Positions 54,390-64,000 of a stretch of 64,000 nucleotides of DNA are shown piece after piece. Position numbers and translations under genes: made by a program. Source of the DNA: the human T2T-CHM13v2.0 reference genome, Homo sapiens; NCBI RefSeq assembly GCF_009914755.1, contig NC_060929.1. One strand, given 5' to 3'. The stretch's first letter is position 1, and every line of letters begins with the position of its first letter. The notes under the pieces are model-generated. The model was not told the DNA's origin and did no database searches. It worked only from the letters and a program-made list of their open reading frames with translations.

Positions 54390-55457
54390 TCAGAAAAAAA
54401 AAAAAAAAGAGGATTATAAGAGTACAAGAGAAATTTATTTAGTCAGATCCTCCTACTGTCTACCTCCCCACTTTATGGACTGGGAATCAGGCCATTAAAT
54501 AATTGAATGATACCTCGTCCGCTGCTTAGTATGGAAAGATGCGGAGCAGCCTGAGGAATGTCCCGCTGGGATGTACCTTCGTTTACAAAGAGGATCAATG
54601 TCAAACCTTCGCTTGAGAAGTTTCTCAGGTCTACACAAGTCCCACGGGTTCTGGCTTGAATGCACTGAGTAGTTTTGTTGGTAAGAGGAGCTGTCTTTTG
54701 AGTGGGTATTTAGACTCGCACCAGACCACGAGTGTGGAAGTGTGGAAGTGTGAAACTGCCTGGGCCTAGCAGGTCAGTCTATAAAAATCAGTTTTTGGCC
54801 GGGCGAGGTGGCTCACACCTGTAATCCCAGCACTTTGGGAGGCCAAGGCGGGGTGGATCACTTGAGGTCAGGAGTTCGAGACCAGCCTGGCCACCCACGC
54901 AAAACCTTGTCTCTACTAAAAATACAAAATTAGCTGGGTGTTGTAGCCCCAGCTACTCAGGAGGCTGAGACAGGAGAATTGCTTGGACCCAGGAGGTGGA
55001 GGTTCAGTGAGCCAAGATCGTGCCACTGCACTCCAGCCTGGGTGACAGAACAAGATGCTGTCTCAAAAAATAATAACAATAGTTTTCATCTTTCATCTCA
55101 GCATTCATTCGAGATTAATTCTGAAATTAGAAGCATGCTCTGCCTGACCCAGGTTGTCTGAAAACAACCTGTGGGTGTGTCCACTTCTATGCGAAAATAA
55201 GTAAGTAAAAGATTTGCAGCAAGTTAACCATTTTAAGATAAGAAGACGTAAATAACATAACTTTTTTCCACTTCCTGCTGGCAGCAGAAGAGCTAAGTAA
55301 CAGAGAGAGCCTCCTTCACCTGTAACTCCTCTTCAGGAGGCAGGGAGCCACGGGAAAGGTGACCACGCTCCCTTCCCCACTCTAGCAAAGCTACTTCATG
55401 TGGATGGGCCTCTTTTGATATCCCTGGGCCTGAGCCCGGCCACGCTCTGCAGCTCAC

Positions 55458-55490
55458 GCACTACACAACAGCGGCCAGAAGGTGGCGCCG
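55458..55490 (+). promoter_or_regulatory. Candidate CTCF site
   Basis: CCAGAAGGTGGCGC core (one mismatch to CCASYAGRKGGCRS) in a locally CpG-rich non-repeat patch. Confidence 0.55.
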
Positions 55491-55730
55491 GGGAGGCATC
55501 CACTCCCGACCGCCTTTTGCTAAATCGCGCAAAAGCATGGTCTGGACAAAGCATCTCTCAGCTCCATTGTTCCCAGAGGCAGCTGGCCACTGCCTTTTGA
55601 GTTTATGTCCTTTTGTGTTGTCCTAAGTCAATATTTAAAGGCGTTTTTAACTCTAAAAGTAGTTGAAAATACCACAATGAGGAACCATTAACCCAAGAAG
55701 GAATCATTAGTATAACTTTATGATCCACTT

Positions 55731-56085
55731 CAGATGGTCCCAGGCCTAACGATGGTTCCACTTTCATTTTTTGACTTTACAATGGTGCACAAGCGACACT
55801 CATTCAGTAGAAACTGTTCCCCAAGTACCCAGACAACCATTCTGTTTTTCACTTTCAGTACAGAATTCAATAAACTGCATGAGACATTCAAGACTTTATT
55901 ATAAAATAGGCCTTGCGTTAGATGATTTTGCCCAACTGTAGCCTGATGCAGGTGTTTCGGGTCGGCCAGGTGAGGCTATGATGCTTGGTAGGTGAGGTGG
56001 ATTAAATGCATTTTCGACTTGAGATATTTTCCATTTATGATGGGTTTATCAAGACTTAGCCCCATTGTAAGTAGAGGAGCATCTG
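55731..56085. mobile_element. MER47/Tigger5-type MITE
   Basis: Inverted termini CAGATGGTCC ... GGAGCATCTG. Confidence 0.75.
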
Positions 56086-56289
56086 CATTATTTTTAAAGG
56101 CTATATTTCCTATGTGTCTTTTTTGTTTTCGTTTATCTATTGGTCTGAATGCTTCTATATCATGAATTTAGCAAGCAGTTTCTATATACAGATATAATGT
56201 TATTTCATTGCTGTAGTAACTTTGGTTTGTTTTGGCCAAAAATGTATAAATTGCTATTTCGATTTTAGAGTGTGTTTTCCTTGGCTTTC

Positions 56290-57292
<1,003 letters not shown>

Positions 57293-57654
57293 AGAAAAAT
57301 ATTTTCATAGATGTTGCTCATAAAAATCTTGTGTGATATTGATCATCATTACATTAAAAAAACAAAAAAAGCTATCCCCTTCATCCTAGGTGAAGAAATG
57401 GAGAATTTAGATTAGGTGGCTTTCCCAAAGTCACACCACTGGGACCCAGACCTCTTGACTCCCGGTGACATCCTCTGGTTAACTGCATGACAAACCTCCA
57501 CCTCTATTTTCAGATTCTTAAAACCCATTTCCATAAGATGGGCAGTCTTCACATTATTGGGGGTTGTGTTACACTGGATGGGGAGGCTTGTGATTGTTGT
57601 CACTCTTCCACCCCTCCCTTCTGCATGGAGTAAAAATGCACAAGGCAGATTTAC

Positions 57655-57797
57655 CATAGACGGACACCCCTGCCCTGAATTCTGAGTATTTCATCATCAA
57701 ATGATGGACAGCAGTTCCACCCCAGCAGAATCCCACGATGCCAATTTTCTGGGCATGACACTGTTGTTTCAGATACTTCAAGATAGCACTGATCTCT
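57655..57797 (-). CDS. CMBL: CMBL exon 4 (nucleophile elbow GFCWGG, Cys132)
   Basis: tag|AGAGATC...TATG|gtaaat, 143 nt; dienelactone-hydrolase-family motif, Cys codon 57727-57725. Confidence 0.97.
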
Positions 57798-58489
57798 CTA
57801 GAACAGAAAGAAAAAATATTCAAGAATCAGGCTTATTTTGTGAACCCCTCAAAGAGCTGTGCTGATGATAACAGGGCTGTATCAGCAACTGTTTTTGAAG
57901 TTGCCAAGGTTTCTTCTTTTGGGAGCTCCACCCTTACTACCTCTGGCCCAACTGATGCATCATCCCAGCACATCTTCCTGCCAAGCCCAGCCCTCCTCCA
58001 ACTGCCTGACAGCTGCAGGCAAGCTGGGCTCTTCCCAAAACATAGGTCCAACTGCCTCACTCCCAGCTGAGAGCTGAGCAGTCTTCCACAGCCTGGGGAT
58101 GAAGGCCACAGCCCACAGCACGGTTCGTAAGACCCGAGTCCATGATCTGCTCCCTGCAGAGTGCCCCAGTCTTCTCTGTCCCCTGAGTCTCCCAGGAGAA
58201 GAGTCTCCTCTCTCCTCTCTCCCATGAGCAGCCATAACTATGGGCAGACGCCCAGACACTCTCTGACTTCACACGTTCACTCTCTCCCCAAAACTCCCCA
58301 CTCTGCATTGCTCGTCTCCTCCCCCTGCCGCCCAGTGAAGCCAAATTTGGAACGCCATCAGGACTATTTCAGCCATGAGGGGACCAAGAATAGTGGCCCT
58401 TGTCTGGCAAATGATTCATGTGCAAACTGATTGTTTGGAACTCAGAATACATTTTCAACTAGAAGCAATGTACCAAAGTGGAGGTGGGC

Positions 58490-58873
58490 TGCACACGTAT
58501 GTTTATTGTAGCACGATTGCAAAGATATGCAACCGAAGCGCCCATTGACCAATGAGTGGATAAAGAAAATGTGGCCTATATACACCATAGACTATACTCA
58601 GCCATAAGAAAGAACAAAATAATATCTTTTGCAGCAACTTGGATGGAGCTGGAGGTCATTTCTCTAAGGGAAGTAACTCAGGAATGGAAAACCAAATACT
58701 GTATGTTCTCACTTATAAGTGGAAGCTAAGCTATGAGTAGATTCACAGAGGCACATAGAGTGATATAATGGACTATGGAGACTCAGAAGGGGGAGGGTGG
58801 GAGGGTGTGAGGGCCAAAAAACTATATATTAGGTAAACTGTACACTACTCGGTGACAGATGCACTAAAATCTC
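58490..58873 (+). mobile_element. L1PB-like 3' fragment
   Basis: gagtggataaagaaaatgtgg, gaagtaactcaggaatggaaaaccaaata, gttctcacttataagtgg. Confidence 0.8.
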
Positions 58874-59015
58874 TATTTTCATAGATGGTGCTCATAAAAA
58901 TATTGTTTGATATTGATCATCATCACATAAAGAATGCTATCCCCGCTGGGTGCAGTGGCTCACGCCTATAGTGAGACCCCATCTCTATTTTATTTTAAAA
59001 TTTTTAATTAATTAA

Positions 59016-59830
<815 letters not shown>

Positions 59831-61848
59831 CTGCAAAATATGGACATGAATTGATCTTAGTTTCAGAGTTGCTTGACTCAGTATTTTGCTTGCATTTATT
59901 TAAAAACTTGCTACGTTGGCGATTCTGGCTCAGAGAAAAGGAAAAGTAGTGGGTGTGAAGGCCAATTTTGATCGCAGCAAAGCAGCCACCTGGCACCGGG
60001 CCAAGCCCTCTTAGGTTTCACAACCGCAGGTGCACAGCGTCTGGCAGCCTGCTGGTAACCCAGCCCTGGCAATGAGGCTATCCACAGGGCACACTCCCAT
60101 GGGATAGGCTGGCATGGGATGTGGAGGCACCTGGGGGAGTGGGCCTGACGTGGGTGGCTTTGAGGGCCCCTCCTGCCCCTCTCAGCCAGCCTGGGGAGAC
60201 TCCTGGCCTTTCACATGAGCCTCAGGCCAGAGGGCACACCTGGCTAACTTGTCCAGTCACTATGACCAGGCAATGTTCCCAGCCTCCACCAAGACGGCGA
60301 CGAAGCACAGTTTCCTATCCAGAGGGTATGTTCTAAGACGGGCAGCAGAGCACAAACAAGCCTGGCCCCAGTCCAGGTCGCTCTTCCATGCAAGTCAACC
60401 CAGAGGGATAGAGCCAGCCGCTGGGGTTGAGTCCTGTTTCCCAAAATAGAATTGCCACCTGGTTGGAGGAACAGGGCTCCTCCTATAGGGGTAGAAGAAC
60501 ACTGAAACTGGAGTGAGAAAATCCAAGTTCGAGGCTCGGTACACCCCATGCTGCTGTGTGGCCTTGGCCTTCACAAGTCATGTCACCGCTTCTAGCCTCA
60601 TTTTCTCATCTGACAAACTTGCACTGCCTAACCCCAGAGGATCCTCTCGAGGGCAAAAAAAGTTGTATACCTGTGAAAGGGCTTTGTAAAACAGGGGTCT
60701 TTCCTTATCTTTTATGTCCTGACCCCTGCTAAAGGACCCTCCGTGAAACAACAGAAACAGCAATGCCATTTGATCGGCTGCTTGGGCCAGTGATCTGGGG
60801 CAGCCGCAAAGCGCTCTCTTTATGGCCTGGTTTCCTAATCTGCAAAATGAGAGCAATAACAGCTCCTCCCTCAAGGGGCTGCCAGGAGGACTAAGGGCAA
60901 TGAGCCCAGTCATGCCCTTAGCACTGCGTCTGGCTGAGCAACTGAAACTAGCTATTTATTTACTTATTTATTTTTACTGGGCTTGCCCCTAGAAAGTTAA
61001 GTCCCCTCACATGGGGACGTGAAAAAGGAAAACTTCAAGGAAGGTCTTTTCATTCAGCACCGACTCTGCATCCCACCAGGGTGGGCATGATTCCTTTAAG
61101 CCAGTTTCTCTTCCTAGAAAAACAAGGTAGGCTCATCCTCGGGTTTCCAGCTTCTCCTTCTGTGAAAACAAAGGAAATCCAGCCGTGCACCATCCTCAGG
61201 GCTCACTGGGTTGATGCTTTCCGACGCTGGAGAGGAAGGAAGGTTCTGGCCCTCCTCTGCGCTTTACACCGGGGCAAATAAGAAGCAATCGGGTATCAGC
61301 CTTGGCCAAAGGTGGCCATGGCCACTTGGCCAGACAAAGAGGTAAACTTGGGGAGGGGAGCAAGGTCTCACTGTGCCACTTCTGAACCCCAGTCTAATTC
61401 AGAGGGGGCCACGACCGTACGTGTATGGACCAGGAGGAGCCTTGGACACCCTGCCGTCCAAATGGGCCGTGAAATCTGACACGAGGCTGAGCTGTTGAAG
61501 GACCGAGTCACGGGTCCATTTGACAGCAGGTGAGGCTGGCCTCAGATGTCCAGTGCCTGCGTCTGGCTGAGGCCCCACACGGGAAAAGAATTCTCAATGT
61601 CCAGCAAGTCTAAAGGCCAGGTACTCCCAGGAGGACAGGAAACCCAGGAATGGGGTTAGGAGCACCAGGTGGGTGTTTAATTTCCCAAGACATTTCCCAT
61701 CTATCTTCACGGCAGTGAGATAGGGAAGTTTCTAATGTACAGTAGATACTGTATAGTCAGACCGCTGTGGTTTTATTTTTTAAAGGGAACAAAATAAACC
61801 ACTGAAATTTGTATGAATTTAAACAAAGAAACACAACTTTATACATAC

Positions 61849-62063
61849 GTGTATCCATTTCCTGAGATCATGTCAGCTATATATCTGGTATTGGGCAACT
61901 GCCAGCCAAATATATCTTGAATGACAATCACAGCTTTGCCTGCATCAACGGGGGATTTGGTGACATAAGCCTTGATGTGCTCGACTTGAACTTCACGGCC
62001 TAGCCCTCCATACTCAAGTCTGTGGCCAATGTCACACGGACAAGGATAAGCTTCGTTAGCCAT
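61849..62063 (-). CDS. CMBL: Carboxymethylenebutenolidase homolog, first coding exon (exon 2; acceptor at 62082)
   Basis: [20 protein letters not shown]...QDIFG...NGY; donor AC|gtatgt; 215 coding nt. Confidence 0.97.
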
Positions 62064-62681
62064 TGCAGAGATTTAAGTCGGGCTATGGAGAGAGAAACAT
62101 GCGTTATATTCTGAATGCTGCAAATCTAAAGGCTATAAATGGTAAGTAAACCTCAAATCAAGATTATAGAAAAAAATTCATTTTAGCTACATCTATGGTA
62201 TTATGTGAGAAACCAATGGTAACTTCTGGTTCTGGCAACACTGCAGAGTAAGGCTATAGACACTAGAAATGCCGGATTGAATAACAACAAAACAACAAAA
62301 AATAGCGATGAAAGAACTCACAGGGAAAAGGGACTCTTCAGGGGGCAGGATCGGAGAGGAAACAGAAAGCCAGAGTGAGGGTGACACCCACAGATGCTGA
62401 CGGGGCCCAGTGATGCTGGGGGACAGGACCCGACTCAGGAGCACACCCTAACAGTCGGGTGCTTAGGATTTTGTGTCGACGTGTAGAAAGAGCCATCGAA
62501 GCACATGAGACGGGAATTTGTAAGAGACCCACGCCTGCAATGTCGAGCCCCAAAGGTTCATGTCTCACGGAAGGGGGCCAAAGCAAAAGGAGAAGAGCTC
62601 CATCCGCCAGGCTCAGGTGTGTGCGAAGAAACCCATCTCCGTCTAGATTCTGAGTGGAAGGGAAAAAAGAAAGCAATCCTC

Positions 62682-63051
<370 letters not shown>

Positions 63052-63341
63052 TTAACACAATTGACTCTGGGCCAGTGAACTGCCTGGAACACCAGGCAGA
63101 GGCAAATGCAAATCCACTTTACCACAAGACTTCCACAATCCAGGCCAAAAATACGACCCGCTGAAGAGCAGCTCATCAGGAAAACCTATACACAAGGAGG
63201 CGATCCAAATAAACAAGAATCAGCAGACACAACACCCTGGAGGAATTTACAGTGGGAATGGGGTTTGAAATTCACCTAGAAACACTTGGTGAATCAAACT
63301 GGAAAACAGGAAGGAATTAGGAAATTAAAAACCTGTTCATT

Positions 63342-63449
63342 AAAAAGCAGGAAATGAGGCGGCGAAAGTGGGAGTAGTAGAACAAGGAATTTGATTTGTA
63401 AATGACTGTGAACAATCAACTGAGATAACTCACCGCCATCAGGCCTGCC
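63342..63449 (-). pseudogene. Y1 RNA (RNY1-derived) retropseudogene in CMBL intron 1
   Basis: Reverse strand ggcaggcctgatggcGGTGAGTTATCTCAGTTGATTGTTCACAGTCATTTACAAATCAAATTCCTTGTTCTAC closely matches hY1 RNA; 3' part diverged. Confidence 0.9.
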
Positions 63450-64000
63450 TAAATTTAAATAAATGGAAACAGATTAAACTCACTAGCTGAGACAGATTCT
63501 CAACTTGGATTTTTTTTTGTTTTGTTTTTTGAGACAGGATCTTGCCCCGGCTGGAGTGCAGTGTCACAAACGGCTCACTGCAGCCTCGACCTCCTCCCTG
63601 GGCTCAACTAATCCTCCCACCTTAGCCTCCCAAGTAGCTGGGACTATGGCACACACCACCACAATCAGCTCCTTTTTTTAGAATAAAAATTTTATACAGA
63701 CAAGGTCTCATTATATTGTCCAGGTTGGTCTCAAACTCCTAGGCTCAAGCAATCATCCCACCTCACACTCCCAAAGTGCTAGGATTACAGGTGTGACCCA
63801 TCATGCCTGGTTCAAATTAGACTTTTTAAAAATTAAGGTTCCGGACCAGGCATGGTGGCTCACGCCTGTAATCCCAGCACTTTGGGAGGCCAAGGCAGGT
63901 GGATCACAAGTTCAGGAGCTCAAGACCAGCCTGGCCAATATGGTGAAACCCCCGTCTCTACTAAAAATACAAAAGTTAGCCGGGTGTGGTGGCAGGCGCC

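Overview
This is primate DNA, almost certainly human, from the ATPSCKMT (FAM173B)-CCT5-CMBL locus (chr5p15.2 by established gene order); it is not microbial. ATPSCKMT (- strand) has coding exons 1-4 in the window, and its last exon lies left of position 1. It is head-to-head with CCT5 (+ strand) across a CpG-island promoter, with start codons 455 bp apart. All 11 CCT5 coding exons were traced by GT-AG boundaries and give 1626 nt = 541 aa; an alternative upstream first coding exon would give 520 aa. CMBL (- strand) has all 5 coding exons (738 nt = 245 aa); its non-coding first exon lies right of the window. The rest is repeat-rich: more than 40 Alus (only a subset listed), a near full-length Tigger1, several solo LTRs packed between CCT5 and CMBL, and a Y1-RNA retrocopy. 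I found no new gene system. The most unusual structure is a 413-bp, 99.5%-identical templated insertion with a fold-back junction inside an LTR. Two older short direct duplications of similar spacing (1.4-1.6 kb) also occur. Repeat subfamily names are from memory of consensus sequences and repeat boundaries are approximate.
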